NCBI GenBank assembly: GCA_009924525.1
Contig: RFRK01000001.1
Coordinates: forward strand, 1 to 44,112
Direction of reading: 5' to 3'
DNA: 44,112 nucleotides
DNA from: Betaproteobacteria bacterium
Lineage (GTDB): Bacteria > Pseudomonadota > Gammaproteobacteria > Burkholderiales > Burkholderiaceae_A
The position numbers and the translations under genes are program-made. The notes beneath the pieces are model-generated. The model was not told where the DNA came from and searched no databases. It saw only the letters and a program-made list of their open reading frames with translations. Positions 11,097 through 20,766 of this stretch are shown one piece after another. Each line of letters opens with the position of its first letter. Positions within the stretch are counted from its first letter, which is position 1.

Positions 11097-11869
11097 TGCG
11101 GCTTGCCCTAGGGCTGGAGTACGACGGCACGGACTGGAGTGGCTGGCAGACACAGCCTGGCGGCAACACGATTCAGGATCAGCTTGAGGCGGCACTTTTA
11201 AAATTCACCGGCAGCCCGCATCCGACCATTTGTGCGGGCCGAACCGATGCCGGAGTGCACGCCCGGGGCCAAGTGGTGCATCTTGATACCGAGCTCGACC
11301 GGCCCGAGTGGAGCTGGGTCCGCGGACTGAATGCGCTTTTGCCGCAGAGTATTGCTGTGCGCTGGGCCTGCCGTGTTGACGCGGAGTTCCACGCTAGATT
11401 CTCGGCCCGCTCTCGCACGTATATCTATCGACTGCTGTGTGCTCCTACGCGCTCACCGCTCGCGCAGCGGTATTCAGCCTGGTGGTATCGTCCCCTTGAT
11501 CGTGAGTTACTGCGACAAGCCTGTGCGCTTTATGTAGGCAAGCATGATTTCAGCGCCTTTCGGTCGTCTGAATGCCAGGCCAGCTCCCCGGTTCGAGAGC
11601 TGTATCAGTTTGATGTGATCGAATCCGATGCAGTGATTGAGTTTCATCTCACTGCCAACGCATTTTTGCATCATATGGTGCGTAATCTTGTGGGAACAGT
11701 GGTTGAGGTCGGCCGGGGCGCGGCGTCATTGCAGTGGGCCCAAGAGGTCTTGGTCAGCCGGGATCGGACCCAGGCTGCCCGCACTTTTCCCGCTCAGGGC
11801 CTCTGCCTTGCGCATGTCGAGTACGATTCCCAATTGTTATGCGTACCCGAATCAAAGTTTGTGGACTGA
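11096..11869 (+). CDS. truA: tRNA pseudouridine(38-40) synthase
   Basis: YDGT..GWQ, AGRTDAGVHA, FHARFSA and AFLHHMVRN. TGATG coupling with asd. Confidence 0.96.
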   Translation: MRLALGLEYDGTDWSGWQTQPGGNTIQDQLEAALLKFTGSPHPTICAGRTDAGVHARGQVVHLDTELDRPEWSWVRGLNALLPQSIAVRWACRVDAEFHARFSARSRTYIYRLLCAPTRSPLAQRYSAWWYRPLDRELLRQACALYVGKHDFSAFRSSECQASSPVRELYQFDVIESDAVIEFHLTANAFLHHMVRNLVGTVVEVGRGAASLQWAQEVLVSRDRTQAARTFPAQGLCLAHVEYDSQLLCVPESKFVD

Positions 11870-12546
11870 CCCGCGAGGCAGATGTCGAGGCTGCTGTTCA
11901 GGCTGGGGTGGATGCCTTGGGTTTTGTGTTTTACGAGCTAAGCCCCCGTTCGGTCTCCGTTCAGCAGGCGCAGCGGCTAGTACGTCGTGTCCCCGCATGG
12001 GTGGCCATCGTTGGCCTTTTTGTGAATGCGCCGCGCAGCATGGTGATGTCGGTAGCCGATGAAGTTGGTCTGTCTCATTTACAGCTCCATGGTGATGAGT
12101 CACCCGAGGATTGCCGTGGCTTGGGCCGGCCGGTGATTAAGGCGATTCGGCTTGCAGCCAAGGGAGAAAAGGCTGCGGGTGTATCCGAGCCCGGACTCGC
12201 AGACTGGGTCGCCGCTTATTCGGATTGCCATGCGGTCTTATTTGATGCTGACAGTGCCGGCTTTGGCGGCAGCGGCCAGGCCTTTGACTGGGCCAGGCTT
12301 ACCGGCGCCTTTACCAAAGCCCCCCGCCATGAGGCCTCCTGGGTCTTGTCGGGGGGGCTAGAATCGGGGTCCGTGGGTAAGGCCATCGCCCAGCTGGCGC
12401 CACCCTGTGTGGATGTCAGCAGTGGGGTAGAGGCCTTAGAAAACGGAAAACAGCTCAAAGGATTGAAGGACGCAATCAGAATTCGGGAGTTTGTGGCTGC
12501 CGTGCAGGCCGCCGATGCAAGCCGAAACTCAAAGATCAATACATGA
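11839..12546 (+). CDS. trpF: phosphoribosylanthranilate isomerase
   Basis: Start moved to ATG 11839 ([11 protein letters not shown]). SPR, QLHGDE, GGSG..FDW, LSGGL and DVSSGVE. Overlaps the truA end by 31 nt. Confidence 0.95.
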   Translation: MRTRIKVCGLTREADVEAAVQAGVDALGFVFYELSPRSVSVQQAQRLVRRVPAWVAIVGLFVNAPRSMVMSVADEVGLSHLQLHGDESPEDCRGLGRPVIKAIRLAAKGEKAAGVSEPGLADWVAAYSDCHAVLFDADSAGFGGSGQAFDWARLTGAFTKAPRHEASWVLSGGLESGSVGKAIAQLAPPCVDVSSGVEALENGKQLKGLKDAIRIREFVAAVQAADASRNSKINT

Positions 12547-13784
12547 AACCTAATGATCTTCCTCAGCAGCCACCCGGTTCAGGGCAGCAGGCCTATGCAT
12601 TTCCGGATGCCCGGGGCCACTTCGGACCTTACGGGGGGAGCTTTGTTTCCGAGACACTGACGCATGTGCTGGAGGAATTACGCAAGGCCTATGATCGCTA
12701 TCGTCAGGATCCCGAGTTCATCGAAGAATTTCATCGCGAACTAAAACACTTTGTTGGCCGGCCAAGTCCGGTTTATCACGCCCGCCGTTGGTCTGAGATG
12801 TGTGGCGGTGCGCAGATTTACTTTAAGCGCGAAGATCTCAATCACACTGGGGCACATAAGGTCAACAACACCATCGGGCAAGCGCTGCTGGCCCGCCGAA
12901 TGGGTAAGCCGCGCGTGATTGCGGAGACCGGCGCTGGTCAGCACGGGGTTGCAACCGCCACCGTTGCTGCCCGGTTCGGCATGGAGTGCGTGGTGTATAT
13001 GGGCGCAACTGATGTGGTTCGTCAGGCGGCCAATGTGTATCGCATGAAGCTTTTGGGTGCGACTGTAGTCCCGGTGGAAAGCGGCTCAAAGACGCTTAAG
13101 GATGCGTTAAACGAAGCCATGCGTGACTGGGTCACGAATGTTGAAAATACTTACTACATCATTGGTACGGTGGCAGGTCCCCATCCTTATCCGATGATGG
13201 TGCGTGACTTTAATTCGGTGGTGGGTAAGGAATGCCTGTGGCAGATGCCCGAGATGGTGGGCCGTCAGCCCGATATGGTGGTGGCCTGTGTGGGCGGAGG
13301 CAGTAATGCCATGGGAATCTTTTATGACTATCTGAATATTCCGGGTGTTCAACTTGTGGGAGTCGAGGCTGCAGGCGAAGGAATCGCTTCGGGCCGGCAT
13401 GCGGCTCCGCTGTCCGCAGGAACGCCGGGAGTGCTGCATGGCAATCGCACCTATCTAATGCAGGATGCTTCTGGCCAGATCGCCGAGACTCATTCAGTGT
13501 CCGCCGGCCTTGATTACCCCGGGGTCGGGCCCGAGCATGCATGGTTAAAAGATTCAGGCCGCGCCCGCTATGTCGCAATCACAGATCAGGAAAGCCTAGA
13601 GGCTTTTCATACCTGTTGTCGTATTGAAGGAATCATTCCGGCGCTGGAATCCAGCCACGCCTTGGCCTATGCCGCAAAAATCGCCCCCACGCTACCGAAA
13701 GATCAGATCATTTTGGTAAATCTCTCGGGCCGCGGTGATAAGGATATGCATACCGTAGCCGAGCGCTCGGGAATGCATCTCTGA
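12543..13784 (+). CDS. trpB: tryptophan synthase beta chain
   Basis: [11 protein letters not shown] (PLP lysine), [17 protein letters not shown] and NLSGRGDKD. Confidence 0.98.
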   Translation: MKPNDLPQQPPGSGQQAYAFPDARGHFGPYGGSFVSETLTHVLEELRKAYDRYRQDPEFIEEFHRELKHFVGRPSPVYHARRWSEMCGGAQIYFKREDLNHTGAHKVNNTIGQALLARRMGKPRVIAETGAGQHGVATATVAARFGMECVVYMGATDVVRQAANVYRMKLLGATVVPVESGSKTLKDALNEAMRDWVTNVENTYYIIGTVAGPHPYPMMVRDFNSVVGKECLWQMPEMVGRQPDMVVACVGGGSNAMGIFYDYLNIPGVQLVGVEAAGEGIASGRHAAPLSAGTPGVLHGNRTYLMQDASGQIAETHSVSAGLDYPGVGPEHAWLKDSGRARYVAITDQESLEAFHTCCRIEGIIPALESSHALAYAAKIAPTLPKDQIILVNLSGRGDKDMHTVAERSGMHL

Positions 13785-13799
13785 ATAACGGAAATCGCC

Positions 13800-14633
13800 T
13801 TGTCGCGTATTCAGCAGAAATTTGATTGGCTCGCCCGTGAGGGCCGTACCGGATTGATTCCGTATGTCACAGCGGGCGATCCCGCCCGCGAATCTGTGGT
13901 GCGCCTCATGCACACCCTAGTGAAACATGGCGCTGATGTTATTGAGCTGGGCGTACCGTTTTCCGATCCCATGGCCGATGGGCCCGTTATTCAGCGTTCA
14001 AGCGAGCGGGCCCTTGCTCGGCATGTCTCGCTTGCTGATTGCCTGGCCTGGGTGCGTGAGTTTCGATCCTCTGATGCGGCCACGCCGGTTGTGCTGATGG
14101 GCTATGCCAATCCGGTGGAGCGCTTTGGCATTGATCGATTTGTTGCTCAGGCAAAAGAATCCGGTGTTGATGGCACCATCGTGGTGGACTACCCGCCCGA
14201 GGAGTGCGAAGAATTCAGTAACGCTTTGAAATCCCGCGGCATGGATCCCATCTTTCTTTTGGCACCGACTTCAACTGAGTCGCGCATGCGGGATGTGGCC
14301 CGGCTTGGCGCAGGCTACCTGTATTACGTATCACTGAAAGGGGTCACCGGTGCGGGCCACCTGGACCCTGCCGCAGTTGGCGATCGCGTGAATCAAATTC
14401 GGCGCTTTACCTCGATGCCGATTGGAGTGGGCTTCGGAATCAGTGATGCAGATTCGGCTGTGGCCGTGGCCCAGCACGCGGATGCAGTTGTGATTGGCAG
14501 CGCGCTGATTCGTATTATGGAAGATGCGGTGAAGACGGGGTCTGATGCGCTATTGGCGGCAGCGGGCTTTATTTCAGGCATTCGGCAGGCGCTGGACTGC
14601 ATGCCGAAGAAACTGCATTCGGAGGCCGCATGA
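13800..14633 (+). CDS. trpA: tryptophan synthase alpha chain
   Basis: [35 protein letters not shown] start. Confidence 0.97.
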   Translation: MSRIQQKFDWLAREGRTGLIPYVTAGDPARESVVRLMHTLVKHGADVIELGVPFSDPMADGPVIQRSSERALARHVSLADCLAWVREFRSSDAATPVVLMGYANPVERFGIDRFVAQAKESGVDGTIVVDYPPEECEEFSNALKSRGMDPIFLLAPTSTESRMRDVARLGAGYLYYVSLKGVTGAGHLDPAAVGDRVNQIRRFTSMPIGVGFGISDADSAVAVAQHADAVVIGSALIRIMEDAVKTGSDALLAAAGFISGIRQALDCMPKKLHSEAA

Positions 14634-15499
14634 GTTGGATTGACAAGATTCTTCCCCCAAAAATACAGCGCTCTGAGGGTCCGCGTCGCAGCGTACCCGA
14701 GGGCCTGTGGCTAAAGTGCCCCTCTTGCGAGTCAGTGCTTTATCGCACCGATCTGGAGAATAACCAGCAGGTGTGCCCTAAGTGTGATCACCATCTGCGG
14801 ATTCGTGCCCGTGATCGGCTTGATCAGCTACTCGATCCTGAGGGCCGCTTTGAGATTGGCCAGGAAGTCCTGCCAATCGATTCCCTGAAATTCAAAGACA
14901 GTCGCAAGTACCCCGAGCGGCTTACCGAAGCGATGGAGCAAACAGGTGAGACCGACGCCTTGATTGCCATCAGCGGGGCAATCAAGTCGGTGCCGGTTGT
15001 GGTGGCCTGTTTTGAGTTTGAGTTTATGGGCGGCTCAATGGGCTCGGTAGTGGGTGAGCGGTTTGTGCGCGCGGTTGAGGTGGCGCTTGAAAATAAGGTG
15101 CCTTTTGTGAGCATTGCCGCAAGCGGTGGTGCTCGCATGCAAGAAGGCCTGCTGTCGCTCATGCAGATGGCCCGCACTACGGCGGTCTTACAACAGTTAA
15201 GCCACGCACGGCTACCGTACATCTCTATCCTGACTGATCCCACGATGGGCGGCGTATCCGCAAGCTTTGCCTTTTTGGGCGATGTCGTAATAGCCGAGCC
15301 CAAAGCCTTGGTGGGCTTTGCAGGACCGCGGGTAATTGAGCAGACTGTACGCGAGAAGCTGCCAGCCGGATTTCAGCGGGCTGAGTTTCTGCTGGAGAAA
15401 GGTGCCGTCGACCGCATCGTCGATCGACGAAAAATGCGCGATGAACTGGCTGATTTGCTGACACTGCTTCTGCGGCAGCCTGCTGATGCGATCCGCTAA
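14630..15499 (+). CDS. accD: acetyl-CoA carboxylase carboxyltransferase beta subunit
   Basis: Zn ribbon CPSC...[29 protein letters not shown]. Confidence 0.97.
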   Translation: MSWIDKILPPKIQRSEGPRRSVPEGLWLKCPSCESVLYRTDLENNQQVCPKCDHHLRIRARDRLDQLLDPEGRFEIGQEVLPIDSLKFKDSRKYPERLTEAMEQTGETDALIAISGAIKSVPVVVACFEFEFMGGSMGSVVGERFVRAVEVALENKVPFVSIAASGGARMQEGLLSLMQMARTTAVLQQLSHARLPYISILTDPTMGGVSASFAFLGDVVIAEPKALVGFAGPRVIEQTVREKLPAGFQRAEFLLEKGAVDRIVDRRKMRDELADLLTLLLRQPADAIR

Positions 15500-15501
15500 A
15501 G

Positions 15502-16803
15502 TTGACGCTGTCTGACTGGCTAGAAAAAATTACCACCCAGCATGTCCGGCCGATTGATCTCGGCCTGGACCGGGTGGTTCGCGTCGCGCAGGCGATGGGG
15601 TTTCCCGAGGGACGACCCCTTGGCGATCCAAGTATCCGACTGGGCTGCCCATCCATTCTTGTCGGCGGAACCAATGGCAAGGGCTCCACATGCGCCATGC
15701 TTGAGTCAATCCTCCTTCAATCGGGATATCGAGTCGCCGTCTACACCTCGCCGCATTTGCTGCGATTTAATGAGCGGCTCCGCATTAATGGTCAAGAAGC
15801 GAGCGATGCAGAGTTGATTGCTGCGTTTGAGCGTGTCGAGCAGGCCCGGGCAGAGACGTCGCTGACCTATTTCGAATTCACAACACTGGCGATCTTTGAC
15901 ATCGTCTGGAGATGCGGTGTTGATGTTGCTGTACTGGAAATCGGATTGGGCGGCCGGCTTGATGCTGTCAATATTATCGATGCGGATTGTTCAATTCTTG
16001 TATCAGTAGATTTAGATCACCAGGAGTTTCTTGGTGAGACCCGAGAGCAGATTGGCTGGGAGAAGGCCCATATTGCCAAGGCCGAGCGGCCTTTTATCTG
16101 TGCGGACCCGGAGCCTCCGGGCTCGGTAGCAGAAGTGGTGAAAGCGCGGGGCGCTGATCTATGGCAGTTTGGCCATGATTTTAATTTTCAGGGGGATCGA
16201 CAGCAGTGGAGCTGGGCAGGGCGGGGCCAGCGCCGAAATGCAATGGCATATCCAGCCTTGCGTGGTGCCAATCAGTTGCTGAATGCGTCGGCGGCGCTCG
16301 CGGCACTGTCTTCTTTAAAAGATCAGTTGCCTGTTACGCAGGGTGCCGTGCGCCAGGGATTTGCGCTGGTGGAGTTGGCCGCCCGATTTCAGGTGCTGCC
16401 AGGTCAGCCGGCCGTCGTGTTAGATGTTGCCCACAATCCGCATGCAGCTGGGGTGCTTGCGGTTAATCTCGACCAGATGGGATTTTTTCCGAAGACCGTC
16501 GCGGTGGTGGGTATCGTGGCGGGCAAGGATGCAACTGCAATCTTTATGCGGCTAGCCGATCGCGTGGACCACTGGTGCCTGTGTTCGTTAACCGGCCCGG
16601 ATGCGGGGCCGCGTGCGCGCAATGCTGAGGAGCTCGCGCTGGCACTGAAAACAGCAATTCCAAATGCGGCGTTGAGTTGCCATGATGATGTCGAGCAGGC
16701 TTTTACTTCTGCAAAGTCAATGGTGCAGTCAAATGATAGAATTGTGGTCTTCGGATCCTTCTTGACAATCGCTGCACTCTCTCACTTGCGCCATGTCCGC
16801 TGA
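15502..16803 (+). CDS. folC: dihydrofolate synthase / folylpolyglutamate synthase
   Basis: GTNGKGS, YTSPHL, LEIGLGGRLDAVN, DVAHNP and VFGSF. TTG start. Confidence 0.96.
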   Translation: MTLSDWLEKITTQHVRPIDLGLDRVVRVAQAMGFPEGRPLGDPSIRLGCPSILVGGTNGKGSTCAMLESILLQSGYRVAVYTSPHLLRFNERLRINGQEASDAELIAAFERVEQARAETSLTYFEFTTLAIFDIVWRCGVDVAVLEIGLGGRLDAVNIIDADCSILVSVDLDHQEFLGETREQIGWEKAHIAKAERPFICADPEPPGSVAEVVKARGADLWQFGHDFNFQGDRQQWSWAGRGQRRNAMAYPALRGANQLLNASAALAALSSLKDQLPVTQGAVRQGFALVELAARFQVLPGQPAVVLDVAHNPHAAGVLAVNLDQMGFFPKTVAVVGIVAGKDATAIFMRLADRVDHWCLCSLTGPDAGPRARNAEELALALKTAIPNAALSCHDDVEQAFTSAKSMVQSNDRIVVFGSFLTIAALSHLRHVR

Positions 16804-17494
16804 TCGTGAATCCCGTTCCCACCAGCGCGACGAACAGGCGTCAGATCCGATGGCTGATCACAAGCGTCGGGCCCGCTGGAGACTTCTTGGCGCGGTCATT
16901 ATTGTTGCTGCGGTTGCCGGCTTAGCGCCCCTGTTACTCGAAGATCAGGCCAGACCCCTGTCGCAGGATTTGTTAATCGAGATTCCCTCGCGCAATTCTG
17001 TTTTCTCAAAAATTGAATCCCTGCGGCCGGTAAGCCCACCATCCGATGCCCCCGCAGAGGAGAAAACGCGGGCAGTCGAGCCAAAGCTCGAGGCTAAGTC
17101 TGAGGTGAAGGCCGAGTCGAAGCCGGAATCAAAACTGAAGCCCGAAGTAAAGGCAGAGCCCAAAACAGAACCGAAATCAGAGCCCAAGGCAGAGCCAAAG
17201 TCGCCCCCTAAACAGGAACCGAAATCAGAGCCTAAAACAGAGCCCAAGAAATCCTCGGCCTCATCAGGATTTCTTGTGCAGGTCGGTGCCTATTCAAAGC
17301 TTGAGGCTGCCAATACCGTGAAAGCGCGGCTTGCTTCGGGCGGGCACCGTGTCATCCTTGAGACCATCAAGCTCGACGATGGATCCGAGCGGCATCGTGT
17401 ACGCATTGGGCCCTTCGAGACGCGTGAGCTTGCAAATCAGGTCCGAGACCGCGCGAAGTCTCAGGGCTACGATGCCATTGTGGTGACTCCCTGA
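16793..17494 (+). CDS. dedD: SPOR-domain cell division protein (DedD-like)
   Basis: RRARWRLLGA followed by a TM helix, a Pro/Lys/Glu linker and a C-terminal SPOR domain (VQVGAY, RVRIGPF). Position between folC and cvpA. Confidence 0.88.
   Translation: MSADRESRSHQRDEQASDPMADHKRRARWRLLGAVIIVAAVAGLAPLLLEDQARPLSQDLLIEIPSRNSVFSKIESLRPVSPPSDAPAEEKTRAVEPKLEAKSEVKAESKPESKLKPEVKAEPKTEPKSEPKAEPKSPPKQEPKSEPKTEPKKSSASSGFLVQVGAYSKLEAANTVKARLASGGHRVILETIKLDDGSERHRVRIGPFETRELANQVRDRAKSQGYDAIVVTP
17078..17248 (+). repeat. imperfect 12-nt coding tandem repeat (EPK[TSA]/EAKS-type tetrapeptides) in the DedD linker
   Basis: Protein reads EPKLEAKSEVKAESKPESKLKPEVKAEPKTEPKSEPKAEPKSPPKQEPKSEPKTEPK. The exact 17-mer GAACCGAAATCAGAGCC occurs at 17168 and 17216, 48 nt apart. 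Confidence 0.8.
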
Positions 17495-18051
17495 TGCAGT
17501 GGATCGAGACGCTGACCTGGGTTGACTTGCTGGTCATCGGAATCATCCTGCTGTCAACGCTGTTATCGCTATTTCGTGGATTGATTAAAGAGATTGCCTC
17601 GTTGGCCATTTGGGTGCTGGCGATTGTTGGCGCAAGCAGACTCGCAGCGCCTACGGCAGGCCTATTGCCGCAGTGGCTTGCGCCACCGCTACAGCAGACC
17701 GCCGCCTTTGTCATTATTTTGCTAGTGATTCTGCTGCTCGGAAGGCTGTTGACGATGCTGCTCAGAGAAGTGGTGAGTGCGGCCGGTATCAGCGGCCTGG
17801 ATCGGCTGCTGGGCCTTGGCTTTGGGCTGGCGCGTGGGGCGTTGCTGGTCATTGTGTTGGCCATTCTCGCGGCAATGACTGCGCTGCCCACCCAGCCGGC
17901 CTGGCAGAAGGCCCAGAGCCGGCCTTTTCTTGAGCTCGGAATCCGTACTGCGGCACCCTGGCTTCCCCCGACACTGGGAGATCGGCTTAGACTTCCGGTT
18001 TCACCAACATCCAAGACCCATCCCTCGGGGAGCCCAGTATGTGTGGCGTGA
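17494..18051 (+). CDS. cvpA: CvpA family (colicin V production) membrane protein
   Basis: D....IILLS....RGLIKE and LDRLLG.GFG.ARG. Directly upstream of purF. Confidence 0.93.
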   Translation: MQWIETLTWVDLLVIGIILLSTLLSLFRGLIKEIASLAIWVLAIVGASRLAAPTAGLLPQWLAPPLQQTAAFVIILLVILLLGRLLTMLLREVVSAAGISGLDRLLGLGFGLARGALLVIVLAILAAMTALPTQPAWQKAQSRPFLELGIRTAAPWLPPTLGDRLRLPVSPTSKTHPSGSPVCVA

Positions 18052-19550
18052 TCGGTGTAGTTGGACACTCGGCAGTCAATCAGCTGCTCTACGATGGCCT
18101 GCTGTTGCTTCAACATCGTGGCCAAGATGCGGCTGGTATCTCCACCGCCAAAGGCAAGCGCATCCATATTCACCGGGGTAATGGCCTGGTGCGCGATGTT
18201 TTCCGTACTCGGGATATGCGCAATCTCCAAGGCGAGATGGGCATCGGTCATGTCCGTTATCCCACTGCAGGTAGTGCCTCGAATTCCGAAGAAGCCCAGC
18301 CCTTTTATGTCAATGCGCCTTTTGGGATTGTGCTGGGCCATAACGGCAATCTCACCAATGCCGAAGAACTTCAGCAGGACATGTATCGGCGGGATCGCCG
18401 GCATATCAATACTGAGTCAGATTCTGAGGTGCTGCTCAATGTCTTTGCTCATGAGTTGCAGCAGGCCGTGTCGGGTTTATCGCTGGATGAGTCCTCAATT
18501 TTCTCCGCGGTCTCAGCCCTGCATTCCCGTGTCCGAGGTGCCTATGCCTGTGTTGCGATGATTGCGGGCTATGGCATCGTGGCTTTTCGTGATGCCCATG
18601 GCATTCGGCCGCTTGCTCTGGGCCGGCACACGGATGCGCGTGGCGATGAGTGGATGATTGCCTCGGAGACGGTGGCAATTAATGGATTGGGCTTTACCCC
18701 GATTCGCGATGTTGCTCCTGGCGAGTGCGTGATTCTTACCCTCGATGGTCAGCTGCACTCCCGGGTCTGCGCCCGTCATACGCGCTTAAACCCCTGCGTC
18801 TTTGAGTATGTCTACTTCGCAAGGCCGGATTCAGTGATCGATGGGGTGAGTGTTTACGATGCGCGGCTGCGCATGGGTGAGACCCTGGCCGACAAAGTTC
18901 GTAAGCAGTTTCCAGCTGGTGAGATTGATGTGGTGATGCCGATCCCGGATTCCAGCCGGCCGGCTGCGATTCAGCTCGCCATGCAGCTGGGTATCGACTA
19001 TCGCGAAGGCTTTATTAAAAACCGCTATATCGGCCGGACCTTCATCATGCCGGGCCAAGCGGCCAGAAAAAAATCAGTCCGCCAGAAACTTAACGCGATT
19101 CCTTATGAATTTAAGAATAAAAGTGTTCTGATTGTGGATGACTCCATCGTGCGAGGAACGACCAGCCAGGAGATCGTGCAGATGGCGCGGGATTCGGGCG
19201 CCAAGAGGGTGATCTTTGCCTCGGCCGCGCCGCCCGTGCGCTACCCCAATGTCTATGGCATTGACATGCCTACTCGCGGCGAGCTGATTGCCTTTGGTCG
19301 CAGTGATGACGAGATCTGCAAAGCGATAGGCGCCGATGCCCTGATCTATCAGGATCTTGAATCGATGCGCTCTGATGTGATGAACCTCAATCCGAATATC
19401 GAGGGCCTTGAGGCATCGTGTTTTGACGGCAATTACATCACCGGTGATATCAACGATCGCCTGCTCGATTCCTTGGAGCATGCGCGAATCCATGGTAATG
19501 CCGAAGCCACACGCAATCAGCTCGCTTTAAACCTTAACCATGACGAATAA
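18039..19550 (+). CDS. purF: amidophosphoribosyltransferase
   Basis: N-terminal MCG (Ntn Cys), QHRGQD, HNGNL, FEYVY and VDDSIVRGTTS. Confidence 0.98.
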   Translation: MCGVIGVVGHSAVNQLLYDGLLLLQHRGQDAAGISTAKGKRIHIHRGNGLVRDVFRTRDMRNLQGEMGIGHVRYPTAGSASNSEEAQPFYVNAPFGIVLGHNGNLTNAEELQQDMYRRDRRHINTESDSEVLLNVFAHELQQAVSGLSLDESSIFSAVSALHSRVRGAYACVAMIAGYGIVAFRDAHGIRPLALGRHTDARGDEWMIASETVAINGLGFTPIRDVAPGECVILTLDGQLHSRVCARHTRLNPCVFEYVYFARPDSVIDGVSVYDARLRMGETLADKVRKQFPAGEIDVVMPIPDSSRPAAIQLAMQLGIDYREGFIKNRYIGRTFIMPGQAARKKSVRQKLNAIPYEFKNKSVLIVDDSIVRGTTSQEIVQMARDSGAKRVIFASAAPPVRYPNVYGIDMPTRGELIAFGRSDDEICKAIGADALIYQDLESMRSDVMNLNPNIEGLEASCFDGNYITGDINDRLLDSLEHARIHGNAEATRNQLALNLNHDE

Positions 19551-20757
19551 GAAAAACCCGCCCTCTGCATCACGCCGAGACCTGGGCTTTGCGACACGGG
19601 CTATCCGAGGGGGCACCCAGCGTTCTGATTTTGGTGAGCACTCCGAGGCGGTTTATCTCACCTCAAGCTTTGTTTTTGATGACGCCCAGCAGGCGGCCGA
19701 TCGATTCCAGAACCGCGAGCCAGGGATGGTCTATTCCCGGTTCTCTAACCCCTCGGTGCAGATGTTTGAGGAGCGGCTTGCGTCTTTAGAAAACGCAGAG
19801 CGCTGTGTGGCCACCAGTTCAGGCATGTCAGCGATTCTGTCCACCTGCTTAGGTTTGCTGAAAGCCGGCGATCATGTGGTGTCGACACCTAGCCTATTTG
19901 GCGCAACGGTTCAGCTTTTTGAAAACACTCTGCGCAAGTTCGGCGTGCCGGTGGATTACGTGCCGCTCACCGATCCTCAAGCCTGGGCTAAGGCAGTAAC
20001 GCCCGCAACAAAACTTTTCTATCTTGAAACACCCTCTAATCCACTGACAGAGATTGCCGATATCGCAGCGATATCGGCGGTTGCACGCAAACACGGCATC
20101 ACGCTGGTGGTGGATAATTGCTTCTGCACACCGGCTCTGCAGCAGCCGCTGGCCTTGGGTGCTGATCTGGTCTTGCATTCGGCCACGAAGTATCTCGATG
20201 GCCAGGGCCGTGTGCTTGGGGGTGCAGTCGCCGGCCGCAGCGAGCTGATTGAGCCTATTTTTCAGGTGGTCCGCACCTGTGGCCCGTCGCTGTCGCCTTT
20301 TAATGCATGGGTCCTGCATAAGGGACTGGAAACTCTTGATCTTCGTATGCGGGCCCACAGTACATCGGCGCTTGCTTTAGCGAGCTGGCTTGAGCAGCAT
20401 CCGCGTGTCGCACGTGTGCTGTACCCGGGATTGGCTTCGCATCCACAGCATGCGCTGGCCATGCGGCAGCAAAGCGCGGGCGGCGCAATTGTGTCTTTTG
20501 AATTAAAAGGCACGAATCCCACTGAGCAGCGACAGCGGGCGTTTTCTCTGATCAATGCAGTTCAGATCATGTCGGTTACCGGCAATCTCGGCGATACCCG
20601 CACGATCATTACCCATCCGGCTTCCACCACCCATGGCCGCATCTCGCCACAGGCCCGCGAGCAGGCCGGCATTCGTGAGGGCCTGGTTCGAATCGCTGTA
20701 GGCCTGGAAGATCTCGAAGATCTCAGGGCAGATCTCGACGCTGGCCTGGCCGCCTAG
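19540..20757 (+). CDS. metZ: O-succinylhomoserine sulfhydrylase
   Basis: EHSEA.YLTSSF, YSRFSNP, SGMSAI, HSATKYLDGQGR and NLGD.R. The purF-metZ order matches known synteny. Confidence 0.93.
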   Translation: MTNKKNPPSASRRDLGFATRAIRGGTQRSDFGEHSEAVYLTSSFVFDDAQQAADRFQNREPGMVYSRFSNPSVQMFEERLASLENAERCVATSSGMSAILSTCLGLLKAGDHVVSTPSLFGATVQLFENTLRKFGVPVDYVPLTDPQAWAKAVTPATKLFYLETPSNPLTEIADIAAISAVARKHGITLVVDNCFCTPALQQPLALGADLVLHSATKYLDGQGRVLGGAVAGRSELIEPIFQVVRTCGPSLSPFNAWVLHKGLETLDLRMRAHSTSALALASWLEQHPRVARVLYPGLASHPQHALAMRQQSAGGAIVSFELKGTNPTEQRQRAFSLINAVQIMSVTGNLGDTRTIITHPASTTHGRISPQAREQAGIREGLVRIAVGLEDLEDLRADLDAGLAA

Positions 20758-20766
20758 GGCCCGTCG

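Noticed and set aside
17078-17248. DedD linker repeats as a CRISPR array or contingency locus
   Set aside because: In-frame, degenerate 12-nt units with no unique spacers. An ordinary low-complexity linker.
17367-18404. 345-aa minus-strand ORF opposite dedD/cvpA/purF
   Set aside because: Lies wholly antisense to three well-supported conserved genes and has no recognisable motifs. A typical shadow ORF in GC-rich coding DNA.
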